From an uncultured virus (IMG/VR IMGVR_UViG_3300023237_000005) (taxonomy: Duplodnaviria; Heunggongvirae; Uroviricota; Caudoviricetes): 56,585 bases of DNA. The notes beneath the pieces are model-generated. The model ran no database searches and was not told the origin of the DNA. It saw only the letters and a list, made by a program, of their open reading frames with translations. The first letter of the stretch is position 1. The number at the start of each line of letters is the position of its first letter. The DNA is taken from IMG/VR virus record IMGVR_UViG_3300023237_000005. One strand, given 5' to 3'. Both the position numbers and the translations under genes were made by a program. This document shows, piece by piece, positions 35,862 to 45,573 of this stretch.

Positions 35862-36470
35862 ATGAGTGAAGAAACAGAAGCAACATTAGAAGTTGTAACA
35901 GATGAAGCTAAGGTAGTAAAAGAAAATTTACCACTTAAGAGTTCAACATTAGCATTGCACAAAGCACTGCTTGATAGAAATGAGGAACTTGTGCACGATA
36001 TGCAAGCTCGCGAATACCCAGTTGAATTTAAGACCAAGAAGATTTTCGATAAACTTTTTAAATCTTTGGAAAAGAAAGCACCTTGGGGACACCGTACAGC
36101 AGCTGGTTTAATTATGCTATACCACAACTTAAGAGAAGAAAAACCAAAAACTTTCAAGAAAGATTGGGATGGAATTATCGCTTTAAGATCTGCTAACGTT
36201 AGTATTTTATGGCAAATGATGATTGCAATGACAGGTGAAGGGTTTCACGAAGCTCGTGATTTTGTTGAATTAATGGCAACTATCGGAGAACCTATTAGTT
36301 CTGCAGTTGGTAGAGTTCATACTGATAATCAAGAGCTTAAAGATAATCACACTGAATTATCTGAACTTGATGGACTTATTGATGCAAGAGCATGGGAAGA
36401 TGATATAGAAATTGAAAGAGAAGATCATACTAATGCAAGCCCTGACGAAATCGACCCAATTATAGAATGA
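35862..36470 (+). CDS. Hypothetical protein
   Basis: ORF track; promoter motif upstream. Confidence 0.7.
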   Translation: MSEETEATLEVVTDEAKVVKENLPLKSSTLALHKALLDRNEELVHDMQAREYPVEFKTKKIFDKLFKSLEKKAPWGHRTAAGLIMLYHNLREEKPKTFKKDWDGIIALRSANVSILWQMMIAMTGEGFHEARDFVELMATIGEPISSAVGRVHTDNQELKDNHTELSELDGLIDARAWEDDIEIEREDHTNASPDEIDPIIE

Positions 36471-36670
36471 GTTTCAATAAGCGATCAATCTCAGACGAAA
36501 AAGTTTTAGAAGTATATCGTGAATCTGGCGTCGACGGAGTTTGGAAATTATATTCAAGCAAAGTCGACGCTTTTCTTCTGTCTGGCAAGTTGGCTAAGAA
36601 ATGTTATCAAGATATCGAAGCAGGATCATATGCAACTTTAGAAGAAACACTTAATAGCTGGGATATATAA
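36467..36670 (+). CDS. Hypothetical protein
   Basis: ORF overlapping upstream stop. Confidence 0.6.
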   Translation: MSFNKRSISDEKVLEVYRESGVDGVWKLYSSKVDAFLLSGKLAKKCYQDIEAGSYATLEETLNSWDI

Positions 36671-36687
36671 TCAAATCAATATAGAAT

Positions 36688-38163
36688 ATGAACGAACTAA
36701 AGGGGGTTGATGATTTCATTAACGAAAGACATGTAGTACTACTAGAAAAAATGGATGTTTCTCCAGATCTTGCAAAGGTCAGGACTAAAGAAGAATTCAT
36801 TAAAGCATGTAAGGGTACTATAAAAAATTACGATGAATTCGTTTTTGAAAATGCAAAGGCATATTTAGTAGAAGAAGGATTGATGGCTCAGATCGATACA
36901 CTAGTTAAAGATACCAAAGATATCGAAGAGTTTGTTAAGAAATTCTTCAAAGAATACGGAGATAAGATTAAGAAGAACACTAAGTCGGAAGAATGGGTTC
37001 GCGGACTATACGATAGTACAATTAAACTCAGAGAATCTTTAAACGAAGCCAAGTGGTCAAATATTATGAATGGTGTACGAAAAGCACCTCAACCACCCTT
37101 CAGTGTCGTTGCAATACATAATGGCAAAGTAGTAGGTCAGACTAATGGCATTAAGATTGCAGATGCAATCCCTGCACATTACGAAGACTTAAAGAAAAAA
37201 TACCCCGGTGCTAAGATTAGCATAGAGAATGGTGAAGGTCTTTCTGTGTTCAATGAATCTGCAGACATGCTTCCTTCTTGGGAAGTTTTAATCGGATTAG
37301 CAACTGCTATGGGAGCTATTGATTTAGCACAAGCAATAAAGGACGGAGAGGGTAGTATCATTAAAGACCTAGTTAAACTTGTATCAGCTGATGTAGTTAA
37401 GAAAATGAAGCGAGCTGGTAATGATGTAAAAGATATCATTAATATTCTAAAGGGTGATCCTAAGATTAAGAAAGCAATTAAAGATGCAGATGCACAAATT
37501 TCAGAATCTTTAAGTGAAGCTAAGGCATTCGGTGCTAAGGATATACTTAAAGCGTTTAAGAACACTAAAGATTGGGGAGATGCTGCAGAGCAATCTTATA
37601 TGAAAGGTGGTAATTTAGTTTATGTTGACACTTGGTTCTACGGACAAGATAAAGCTATGAAAGACTTAAAGACTTCATGGGAACCTGGAGGAGACAACTA
37701 TAAGTATTGGAACGAAAAGCATGGAGTAACATTTAAAATAGTTGATACGTTTTCTGAAATTAAAGCATCAGGAAGACATAAGAAATTAACATCTGATGGA
37801 ATCGTTGGAGTTGTTTTAGAAGTTACACCTGGTAAAGTTTCTGAATCCATTAATGAAGCTAAGAAAGACATGGTTAACCAGAAATTCTGGATTGCCAAAG
37901 GTAAAGTACAAGCTGGACTTGGTCAGATTAAGAAAGGTGAAATATTCAAATCTACTGGAGAAGCAATAAGACGTAAATTTGACGGTGTAACTGAAGACGT
38001 TTTATCTTACGAAAATTACTTCAGCCTTAATGAAGGTAAAGATATACTTTTGGATTTTGCGAATACAGAAATACAAAAACATAAGAATGGTAAAGCTTTT
38101 GTTGATGCTACAGTAGAAGCAGGCTTTACGATCGAAGACACTGAACCTATCTTGGGAGATTAA
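36688..38163 (+). CDS. Putative internal head (poly)protein with repeated ES(L/I)(N/S)EA motifs
   Basis: DDFINE start; RESLNEAK, SESLSEAK, SESINEAK; GATATATA at 36662. Confidence 0.7.
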   Translation: MNELKGVDDFINERHVVLLEKMDVSPDLAKVRTKEEFIKACKGTIKNYDEFVFENAKAYLVEEGLMAQIDTLVKDTKDIEEFVKKFFKEYGDKIKKNTKSEEWVRGLYDSTIKLRESLNEAKWSNIMNGVRKAPQPPFSVVAIHNGKVVGQTNGIKIADAIPAHYEDLKKKYPGAKISIENGEGLSVFNESADMLPSWEVLIGLATAMGAIDLAQAIKDGEGSIIKDLVKLVSADVVKKMKRAGNDVKDIINILKGDPKIKKAIKDADAQISESLSEAKAFGAKDILKAFKNTKDWGDAAEQSYMKGGNLVYVDTWFYGQDKAMKDLKTSWEPGGDNYKYWNEKHGVTFKIVDTFSEIKASGRHKKLTSDGIVGVVLEVTPGKVSESINEAKKDMVNQKFWIAKGKVQAGLGQIKKGEIFKSTGEAIRRKFDGVTEDVLSYENYFSLNEGKDILLDFANTEIQKHKNGKAFVDATVEAGFTIEDTEPILGD

Positions 38164-38248
38164 CATTAGGAGATGAAGTAGGGCCGAATGCAAAATGAGC
38201 TAAGAAAATTAAAGCAAATTAATAATTTAATCTATAACACAGAATCGT

Positions 38249-38536
38249 ATGATCGAAGGTATACAAGAAAAAGCAGATGCAATAAATGCATTTGGAAGAG
38301 CAGCTAAACTAAGAAATTTAGATGAACTAGTAAGTATGTTTATTAATAACAGAGAATTTCAGGATAGTATATACCTTGAAGCATTTAGAAAGGTACTAAC
38401 GAAGTATAAGCTAACCGATAAGTTCGACATTTTGCTTGAAGAATTTGATAGGATAGACACAATTGAAGAGATTGAAACTCTTCATACAAATAAAAATAAC
38501 GGATGGACATTAAATCATACGAAGAGTTTAACATAA
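38249..38536 (+). CDS. Hypothetical protein
   Basis: ORF track. Confidence 0.55.
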   Translation: MIEGIQEKADAINAFGRAAKLRNLDELVSMFINNREFQDSIYLEAFRKVLTKYKLTDKFDILLEEFDRIDTIEEIETLHTNKNNGWTLNHTKSLT

Positions 38537-39252
38537 CAGAAAAAATACTAGCTGAAGCTAAATCTATTAACAAGATTCAGAAAGAGTGGACGAAGGTAAC
38601 TACGACCATGAAAGATACTGTCGAGCAATATAAGACAGCTGAAGGTAAAGATAAAGAAGTTTTATTAACCCAGCTTAAAAAATTATCTGCTTCTAAGAGG
38701 AAGTTAGAGTATGAATTAGATTCTGCAGTAGGTCTTAAAGATGCAGACATTGAATTGAAAGAATCAATTCTGAACGAAGCCAAGTCGCAAAACCTAAAAC
38801 GACTTGAACAACTTTATAGTGAAATTGTTCCAGGAAAAGGAAACGCTAAAACTGTTGGTGGAGAAGTTGTAAGAGCAGTTGGTCGTATCAACTATCGTTA
38901 TTTTAATGACGGTGATGTATTCTTCACTAATTACGGTGCTGAAACAGCTGGACCTGCGATGGCTTACTTAATGACAGATTCATCTATTCCAAGAGAATAT
39001 CGTTCTGCATTTATGAAAGCAGCTAGATCAGTTGAAATGTTACAACTTACAGGTTACGAATTATCTGCTTCTCAAAGTAAGGCATACGAAAAATTCTTAG
39101 ACAGAATTATTACTCTTGCGGTTGATCTTGTTGATGGGAGTCCAACAGACAGCCAAAAACCAAATAATTCTAATTGGACTAAAGTTAAGTCAAAGTGGGA
39201 AGAGGGTGATTATGGTGAAGGTGATGATGATGACGATGATTACGATTACTAA
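38503..39252 (+). CDS. Putative internal head protein
   Basis: MDIKSYEEF; KESILNEAK; acidic tail. Confidence 0.7.
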   Translation: MDIKSYEEFNITEKILAEAKSINKIQKEWTKVTTTMKDTVEQYKTAEGKDKEVLLTQLKKLSASKRKLEYELDSAVGLKDADIELKESILNEAKSQNLKRLEQLYSEIVPGKGNAKTVGGEVVRAVGRINYRYFNDGDVFFTNYGAETAGPAMAYLMTDSSIPREYRSAFMKAARSVEMLQLTGYELSASQSKAYEKFLDRIITLAVDLVDGSPTDSQKPNNSNWTKVKSKWEEGDYGEGDDDDDDYDY

Positions 39253-39270
39253 AATAAGAAAGTAAAAATA

Positions 39271-39864
39271 ATGAAAGATCTATTTACTTTTGACGAGTTC
39301 TTAAATGAACGAACTTCTGGTGAAATTTTCAATCCAAAACGAGGTAAGATTGTAAAATTTAATCATAAGAAATATCCCGAGTTAAGTGGTGAATTGTTTG
39401 ACTTAATTGCAACTGCTTATGCAGAAATTGGTGGCCATGTAAAGATAAAAACTCCAGATGATGTATTTTCTGATCCAGATTGGAATTATTGGGAAGGTTT
39501 AGATATTCATGGTAATAAAGATTTCGATGTTGTTATGTTTGGTAAAAAAACTAAATTTGGAGTTAAATTTTCAGGTGTAGGACACGATGGTGAGAAAGAT
39601 TCTAAACGAGCTTATCTAAATGCAAGAGGTGAAGAACTTATTAAGCCTGGGTATTATATCGAAGTTTCTGGAAAGATTGCAGAAATTCTAATTATAAAAT
39701 ACAATGTACCTGTCGTCTCAGATGAGGTGGAAGTAAACCTGGTATTAGGTAAAAAGGTAGAATGGATTGGAGATAAAGGGGGAGCATCTGGTAACGGATG
39801 GTATAGTAGACAGCTCGGTGGAAAGAAGCATGATAAGATTTTACTAGGAAGACCAAAGGTTTAA
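39271..39864 (+). CDS. Putative internal head protein
   Basis: MKDLFTFDEFLNE. Confidence 0.7.
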   Translation: MKDLFTFDEFLNERTSGEIFNPKRGKIVKFNHKKYPELSGELFDLIATAYAEIGGHVKIKTPDDVFSDPDWNYWEGLDIHGNKDFDVVMFGKKTKFGVKFSGVGHDGEKDSKRAYLNARGEELIKPGYYIEVSGKIAEILIIKYNVPVVSDEVEVNLVLGKKVEWIGDKGGASGNGWYSRQLGGKKHDKILLGRPKV

Positions 39865-39868
39865 AGGT

Positions 39869-40402
39869 ATGAAAGTAGCATACCTACACGGATTAGAATC
39901 GATTATTAAGGATAATGACCCAAAGATCGTTTGGTTACGGGCTAAATTTACTGAAGTCTATACACCTGACATTGATTATAGAAACGACAATACGTACAAC
40001 ACTATCTTCAATCATATCAAGAAATTAAACCCAGACATAATCGTAGGTTCATCTATGGGTGGATATTTTGCATATCAGATTGGAGCACAACTAAAAATCA
40101 AAACCGTTTTATTTAACCCAGCTGTAGTTGGAAGGTCATTTGAACCTAAGATCAATGACTCTAATATGAAGGGTACACAGAATAACGTTTACTTAGGTAA
40201 GAACGATACTGTTATACCTGGTAAAGAAGTTAGGAAATATTTTGCTACAGAAGTAGGAACATTTACATATAAACAGTATAACGGTGAGCACCGAGTACCA
40301 GCAGGTATATTCATAGATGCTATCGCAGATGCTGCAAACATCAAAGAAGCCAAACGATTAATGTCTTTTGATGAATTCTTAGACGAAAATCTAGGTTCTT
40401 AG
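39869..40402 (+). CDS. YqiA/UPF0227-like alpha/beta esterase
   Basis: YLHGLES; GSSMGG nucleophile elbow; LFNPA; D...H; C-terminal LMSFDEFLDE. Confidence 0.88.
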   Translation: MKVAYLHGLESIIKDNDPKIVWLRAKFTEVYTPDIDYRNDNTYNTIFNHIKKLNPDIIVGSSMGGYFAYQIGAQLKIKTVLFNPAVVGRSFEPKINDSNMKGTQNNVYLGKNDTVIPGKEVRKYFATEVGTFTYKQYNGEHRVPAGIFIDAIADAANIKEAKRLMSFDEFLDENLGS

Positions 40403-40503
40403 ACTATATTTCTGACAACTATGTTATATTGTAGATAAATGAGGGATGGTGTTTAAAACATTATCCCTTTGATTTCATATAAAGATTAAATACACATAGT
40501 AGC

Positions 40504-40839
40504 ATGGGAGACATATATCCAGAGGGCGAAGAACATTCTCAAAATCAAGGTAGTAAAAAGAAACCAAAATTCGTTTCTCCTCCAACTGTCTTAGAAAACT
40601 ACGGAACTAATATCAGTAAGCTTGCAGAAGCAGATGAATTAGATCCTGTAGTTGGAAGAGTTGAAGAGATAACTCAAATTGTACAGATTTTAGGAAGGCG
40701 GAGAAAGAATAATCCAATTCTCGTCGGGAATGCAGGAGTAGGTAAATGCGTTAGTCCTAATACGAAGATTAAGATTAGGAACAGTAGCACTGGAGAAATT
40801 TCAGAAGTTACGATAGCGGAATTCAATAAGATGATTTAA
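40504..40839 (+). CDS. clpC: ClpC/ClpB N-fragment fused to 30-aa split intein N-part (40747-40836)
   Basis: LDPVVGR..EI...RRRKNNPILVG.AGVGK|CVSPNTKI... Confidence 0.92.
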   Translation: MGDIYPEGEEHSQNQGSKKKPKFVSPPTVLENYGTNISKLAEADELDPVVGRVEEITQIVQILGRRRKNNPILVGNAGVGKCVSPNTKIKIRNSSTGEISEVTIAEFNKMI

Positions 40840-40911
40840 TCATTGCTTACTAATTAACAATATACTAATAGAGAACGATGCCCATAGTGAAAGAACTTAA
40901 AAGAATATTAT

Positions 40912-43035
40912 ATGAAAAAAATTGTTAAGAGTGTAAGTGTAGAAGGATTTGAGGTACTCTCTGATAATGGATGGGTACCAATTAAAAATGTACATACCAC
41001 TGTACCCTACGAACTCTATAACCTCCGTACAGCCAACGGTTTGCGGTTAGAATGTGCAGACAATCATATCGTGTTTACTTCTAAGCTAAAAGAGGTATAT
41101 GTTAAAGACTTAAATGTTGACGATAAGATTATGACTGAGGATGGAGTATCTTTAGTATCATCAATTGAAAAGACTAAAGCTAAAGTAACGATGTATGATC
41201 TTGAAGTAGATAGTGAAGATCATCGTTACTATACTGACGGTATTCTTTCACATAACACTTCTCTAATAGAAGGCCTAGCCATACTAATTCATACAGGTCA
41301 AGTACCTAGATCTTTAAAGAATAAGATTATCTATACGCTTGAACTTACAAGTATAGTTTCTGGTACTAAATACCGTGGTGAGTTTGAAGCAAGGATGAAA
41401 GCAATCATTGAAGAACTCAAAGAACGCACAGACATAATTGTATTTATAGATGAAATCCATACACTTGTTGGGGCAGGTGGTGCTTCTGGTACTATGGACG
41501 CAAGTAATATCATTAAGCCAGCTTTAGCACGTGGTGAGTTAAGATGTATTGGAGCAACTACATTTGATGAATACCGAGAGACTATTGAGGCAGATGGTGC
41601 CCTCAATAGAAGATTTCAGAAAGTTGTGGTAAATCCTTCAACAGAAACAGAGACTATTAAAATACTTCAAAACATTAGACATAAGTACGAGGAATACCAT
41701 AGAGTAAAATACACAGATAGAATAATAGAGCTGGTCGTAAAGTTAACTGAACGTTATATTGGCGATCGTTACTTTCCAGATAAAGCAATTGACGTGATAG
41801 ATGAAGTAGGTTCATATAAGAATCTTATTAGTTCTACTGTTCCAAAAGAGATAAAAGCCCTTGAAGCTAAGCTGGCTGCTAAGGCCAAAGAAAAGAAAGT
41901 AGCAGTAGATTGTCAAGATTACGAAGCTGCTGTAACCTTCAGAGATCAGGGTGAGAAAATCGAAGGTAAGATAAAAGCTGCAAACGAAGCATGGGAACAT
42001 TCACTTATAAGAAACGCCCCAGAGATTACAGAAGATGATGTATTACAAATCCTAAGTAAAATGACAGGTGTTCCATTAGAGAAGATAGGAATAGAGGAGA
42101 ACAAAGCATTGCTTGAACTTGGTACTAGACTCAAAGCTAAAGTCAAAGGCCAAGACGAAGCAATAGATAAGATCGCAAGTACAGTTCAAAGGAACCGTAT
42201 TGGAATAAGAAAACGAAATAGAACGAATGGCAATTTCATATTTCTAGGAAGTAGTGGAGTAGGCAAAACCTTTTTAGCAAAAAAATTAGCTGAGGACATG
42301 TTTGGAAGTGAGGAGCATATGATTCGCTTTGATATGAGTGAATATATGGAGTCATTCTCTACTTCTAAGCTTATTGGTTCTCCTCCAGGATACGTAGGTC
42401 ATGAAGATGGTGGTCAACTTACTGAACAAGTTAGACGTAAGCCACACAGTCTTATTCTGTTCGATGAAATTGAAAAAGCTCATCCTAAAGTATTCAATGT
42501 ATTACTTCAAATGCTAGACGATGGTAGGTTAACTGATAGTCTTGGGAGAGTTGTTGATTTTAGGAACTGTCTGATTATAATGACAAGTAATACTGGAAGT
42601 AGAAAACTTGAAGATTTTGGAACTGGTGTTGGGTTTAAAACCAGAACCATCGCAGACACTGTTGAACTTGAAAAAGACGCGCTTATGGCCGCTATGACCC
42701 AAAGCTTCGCTCCAGAATTCTTAAACCGAATAGATGAAATTGTTATTTTTAATAAGCTTAAAGAAGATGACATAGAACGTATTTTGGATTTAGAACTTGA
42801 TCTTATAAGAGAAAATCTACTCGAAGTGGGTAAATACAAACTTAGAATAAGCTCGTCAGCTAAGAAAATTATCATAGGAGAAGGCTATAGTGCTAAATAT
42901 GGTGCCCGTCAAATATCACGAACGTTAGAACGTTTGATTGAAAACAGAGTAAGTGAAATGATATTGAGAGGAGTCATTAAAGATGGTGATACAATAAGTG
43001 TCAAAGCAAAAGACGGTAAGATAATGATTGGGTAG
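40912..43035 (+). CDS. clpC: Split intein C-part (115 aa, 40912-41256) fused to remainder of ClpC AAA+ ATPase
   Basis: CADNH block B, YDLEV..HRYY..GILSHN|T; then FIDEIH, GATT..EY, UVR-like M domain, GSSGVGKT, PPGYVG, FDEIEK, GVGF. Confidence 0.95.
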   Translation: MKKIVKSVSVEGFEVLSDNGWVPIKNVHTTVPYELYNLRTANGLRLECADNHIVFTSKLKEVYVKDLNVDDKIMTEDGVSLVSSIEKTKAKVTMYDLEVDSEDHRYYTDGILSHNTSLIEGLAILIHTGQVPRSLKNKIIYTLELTSIVSGTKYRGEFEARMKAIIEELKERTDIIVFIDEIHTLVGAGGASGTMDASNIIKPALARGELRCIGATTFDEYRETIEADGALNRRFQKVVVNPSTETETIKILQNIRHKYEEYHRVKYTDRIIELVVKLTERYIGDRYFPDKAIDVIDEVGSYKNLISSTVPKEIKALEAKLAAKAKEKKVAVDCQDYEAAVTFRDQGEKIEGKIKAANEAWEHSLIRNAPEITEDDVLQILSKMTGVPLEKIGIEENKALLELGTRLKAKVKGQDEAIDKIASTVQRNRIGIRKRNRTNGNFIFLGSSGVGKTFLAKKLAEDMFGSEEHMIRFDMSEYMESFSTSKLIGSPPGYVGHEDGGQLTEQVRRKPHSLILFDEIEKAHPKVFNVLLQMLDDGRLTDSLGRVVDFRNCLIIMTSNTGSRKLEDFGTGVGFKTRTIADTVELEKDALMAAMTQSFAPEFLNRIDEIVIFNKLKEDDIERILDLELDLIRENLLEVGKYKLRISSSAKKIIIGEGYSAKYGARQISRTLERLIENRVSEMILRGVIKDGDTISVKAKDGKIMIG

Positions 43036-43065
43036 TATTGATAAATATAAAAACACGATGTATGA

Positions 43066-43266
43066 ATGAAAGTATTACAATTTCTTTTTGCACTTCTAAA
43101 ATTTATCATCTATGGAGAAGAGGTGACAGAAGAAGAGGCCAATGCTAGAATGAGCATCTGTAAAAAATGCCCACATAAGGAGAATCTTAACTGTGGCTTA
43201 TGTAAGTGTAATTTAGAAAAGAAAACCAAATGGTCATCTGAAAGCTGCCCAGAAAATAAATGGTAG
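43066..43266 (+). CDS. Small Cys-rich protein
   Basis: R..IC..CP....C..C.C.L..K......CP..KW. Confidence 0.75.
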   Translation: MKVLQFLFALLKFIIYGEEVTEEEANARMSICKKCPHKENLNCGLCKCNLEKKTKWSSESCPENKW

Positions 43267-43269
43267 GCT

Positions 43270-43401
43270 ATGTGCGGATGTAATACAGGAATCGTCAAAA
43301 GAGTTGTCAATAATGTTAAACGAGCAGTAAAACGAAAAAGTTACGGTCATAGTAGTACACCAGAAGTAAACCTAAAGACCAAGATCATTAGAAGACACTA
43401 G
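43270..43401 (+). CDS. Small basic protein MCGCN... (43 aa, not in ORF track)
   Basis: Read manually; starts 3 nt after the previous stop. Confidence 0.45.
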   Translation: MCGCNTGIVKRVVNNVKRAVKRKSYGHSSTPEVNLKTKIIRRH

Positions 43402-43619
43402 AACGTTTCAATTACAAAAGACAATGTAATATATTGGTACGAGTATAATGATACTAGAACAGTTATGGTATAAGAATGCAGAGTACGTTACGTATAGCTA
43501 ACAATTATGACTTATTTTGAGTCTTAATATAGTGCAGAATAATCATCAAATTGAATATAAGTTTCTTTTTGACGAATTGTATGTTATCTTTAAATTGAAT
43601 ACTTGATAAATAAAACAAA

Positions 43620-43952
43620 ATGGAAATATGGGACGTGCCTGAAGGATTTGATCCTGAGGATCATGGAGTAGGGGAGGATGAAATTGCAAAATTGCATGCT
43701 AAGAAGGATATGGAAGACGAGAGATTACATAACGTGCGAGCAAAGGCTTATGAGTTCTACTCGGATTTTGAAACATTAAATATAGATGCAGCTATTGAAG
43801 CTGTATATCAATTAATAAAGAGTAAAGAACTTACACTTATCAATGTCAATGAAATGATTGACAATATGATCAAAGTATTTGAAGACGATCAGGCATATGA
43901 AAAATGTGGAGTATGTATAAAAATAAAAGTAGGTGTAAATGCTAAAGTTTAA
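43620..43952 (+). CDS. Hypothetical protein with C-terminal UVR-like motif
   Basis: FEDDQAYEKC; GATAAATA upstream. Confidence 0.65.
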   Translation: MEIWDVPEGFDPEDHGVGEDEIAKLHAKKDMEDERLHNVRAKAYEFYSDFETLNIDAAIEAVYQLIKSKELTLINVNEMIDNMIKVFEDDQAYEKCGVCIKIKVGVNAKV

Positions 43953-44220
43953 TGCATCAAACTTGGAAGACCTCCAAGCAGAAGTCAAAGAACGGGAACA
44001 TGAAACTGCAATTGCAATTGTCAAGGCAATCTGCTTAGCATTAGACCACAGCGTAGATGTTGTAGAAATTGGCTTAATTGCTGGTGGTAATTTAAGCATA
44101 ACCGCGAAGCGTGCAGATTTTCTTATGGCATTACAATTTAATCTTGAACGTTGTCAGGATGCAGAAGAATTTGAACTTTGTGCCAAAGCAGTAAGCTGGA
44201 TGGCAAAACTATCTGCCTAA
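43939..44220 (+). CDS. Hypothetical protein with C-terminal UVR-like motif
   Basis: DAEEFELCAKA. Confidence 0.65.
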   Translation: MLKFNASNLEDLQAEVKEREHETAIAIVKAICLALDHSVDVVEIGLIAGGNLSITAKRADFLMALQFNLERCQDAEEFELCAKAVSWMAKLSA

Positions 44221-44247
44221 ACCATCATATAATACTTAAATCGTGCT

Positions 44248-44305
44248 TGTTAACAATTATTTAACATTGGATCCAGGCTTTAGTCATTTTTTTGTTGTAT
44301 ATTTG
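44248..44305 (+). promoter_or_regulatory. Promoter with TTAACA tandem repeat and Bacteroidota-type TATATTTG -7 element
   Basis: TGTTAACAATTATTTAACA; TATATTTG at 44298. Confidence 0.6.
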
Positions 44306-44342
44306 TAATGTAACAGATATTCACAACAAAAAATCAAACAAT

Positions 44343-44906
44343 ATGAACGGTATCGCATTTAAGGAAATCGGAATGAAGAAAGACAGTAAAGATCAAGTAG
44401 AAGCTAACATGAGGTTAGTTGTATTCTTAGCCAAAAAATACCAAGGCATGGGCTTACCGCTTGAAGATTTAGTCCAAGAAGGCTATATCGGTTTAATTAA
44501 AGCAGTGGAAAAATTCAGCCCAGATAAAGGAAAATTCAGCAGTTACGCCGGAATATGGATAAAAGCTACTATCACGAGGGCGCTTTCAAACAAAGGCAGA
44601 ACCGTTCGGGTTCCATGCAATCAAACTAAAAATGAAGCTGCTCATGTTAGAGTAAGTCAACTTGACTCAAGCTATCAAGGTGTAGAGGATCCATCAGTTT
44701 ATGGAAAATTCGAACAAGATGATGTAAGCAACAAGATTGCGGTTCTTCTTAATAAGCTGAAGCCAAATCAGAAAGATATCATGATGAAGAAATTTGGTAT
44801 TGGCTGCATTGAAATGAAAACGAAAGAGATTGCCGAAGAACTTGGTGTAAGTGTTCAAGCAGTTAACAAAACTGTTCGGAAGTCAATGATTATCATGAAG
44901 GGATGA
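44343..44906 (+). CDS. Compact RpoD/RpoS-like sigma-70 factor (regions 2 and 4)
   Basis: ANMRLVV..AKKY...GL..EDLVQEG.IGLIKAVEKF; FSSYA..WI; RTVRVP; EIAEELGVS. Confidence 0.93.
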   Translation: MNGIAFKEIGMKKDSKDQVEANMRLVVFLAKKYQGMGLPLEDLVQEGYIGLIKAVEKFSPDKGKFSSYAGIWIKATITRALSNKGRTVRVPCNQTKNEAAHVRVSQLDSSYQGVEDPSVYGKFEQDDVSNKIAVLLNKLKPNQKDIMMKKFGIGCIEMKTKEIAEELGVSVQAVNKTVRKSMIIMKG

Positions 44907-45094
44907 TTTTGGTTACTTTAATATATAAAATTCATACAGCCGTTCGTGTATCATTAACAGATAAGCTGAACGGCTTAACGAATCGTATTATTATATATGA
45001 AGCCAGAACATCTCAAGTTTACGTTCGTATTGGAGGTAACGTAATCGTACACATAATTACAGATGCTATAAGTAGAAATGTCAGAATCAGTTAA
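44903..45094 (+). CDS. Small hypothetical protein
   Basis: ORF chain with overlapping starts/stops. Confidence 0.5.
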   Translation: MILVTLIYKIHTAVRVSLTDKLNGLTNRIIIYEARTSQVYVRIGGNVIVHIITDAISRNVRIS

Positions 45095-45284
45095 ACCAAC
45101 CGTTAAAGATGAGATTACGATCGAAGTGGGCGAACTCTGTACTCCATTATTCAATAAAGTACAGAAAGGTGTAGATCCTAAAGTATTTGATTATATTAGA
45201 ATTGGGTTGTTTGACTCAGTAAATCAACCAATAACCACAATTGTAATGATTATATTAGACGAACGGTTAACATGGATGACATAG
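45078..45284 (+). CDS. Small hypothetical protein
   Basis: ORF chain. Confidence 0.5.
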   Translation: MSESVKPTVKDEITIEVGELCTPLFNKVQKGVDPKVFDYIRIGLFDSVNQPITTIVMIILDERLTWMT

Positions 45285-45466
45285 CACAACAGATAACATT
45301 AAATGTAAACACAAATCTAATATTACCTATAGTTGATCTTGTGTGGGATTCGTCTAAAGAGACTGAGAATGGTGAACGAGCCTTCACATTAGTGAAAGGC
45401 CACCTTATTGAGTTAGGTGTTCTTATAAAGAGATTTGTATACTGTGAAGTAATAAAACCCATTTAA
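45272..45466 (+). CDS. Small hypothetical protein
   Basis: ORF chain. Confidence 0.5.
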   Translation: MDDIAQQITLNVNTNLILPIVDLVWDSSKETENGERAFTLVKGHLIELGVLIKRFVYCEVIKPI

Positions 45467-45573
45467 TTGTAGCCTTTGCACCATACATGTTTTCAAAGCA
45501 CTATAAGACTTTGACGAAGAATACTGCAGCAGCGGAATAAGCGCTAGAGGAATAAAATATTTAGAAGAACGAA

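Noticed and set aside
40837..40911. Sequencing error or read-through in clpC
   Set aside because: Four in-frame stops and a separate ATG with AT-rich leader separate the halves.
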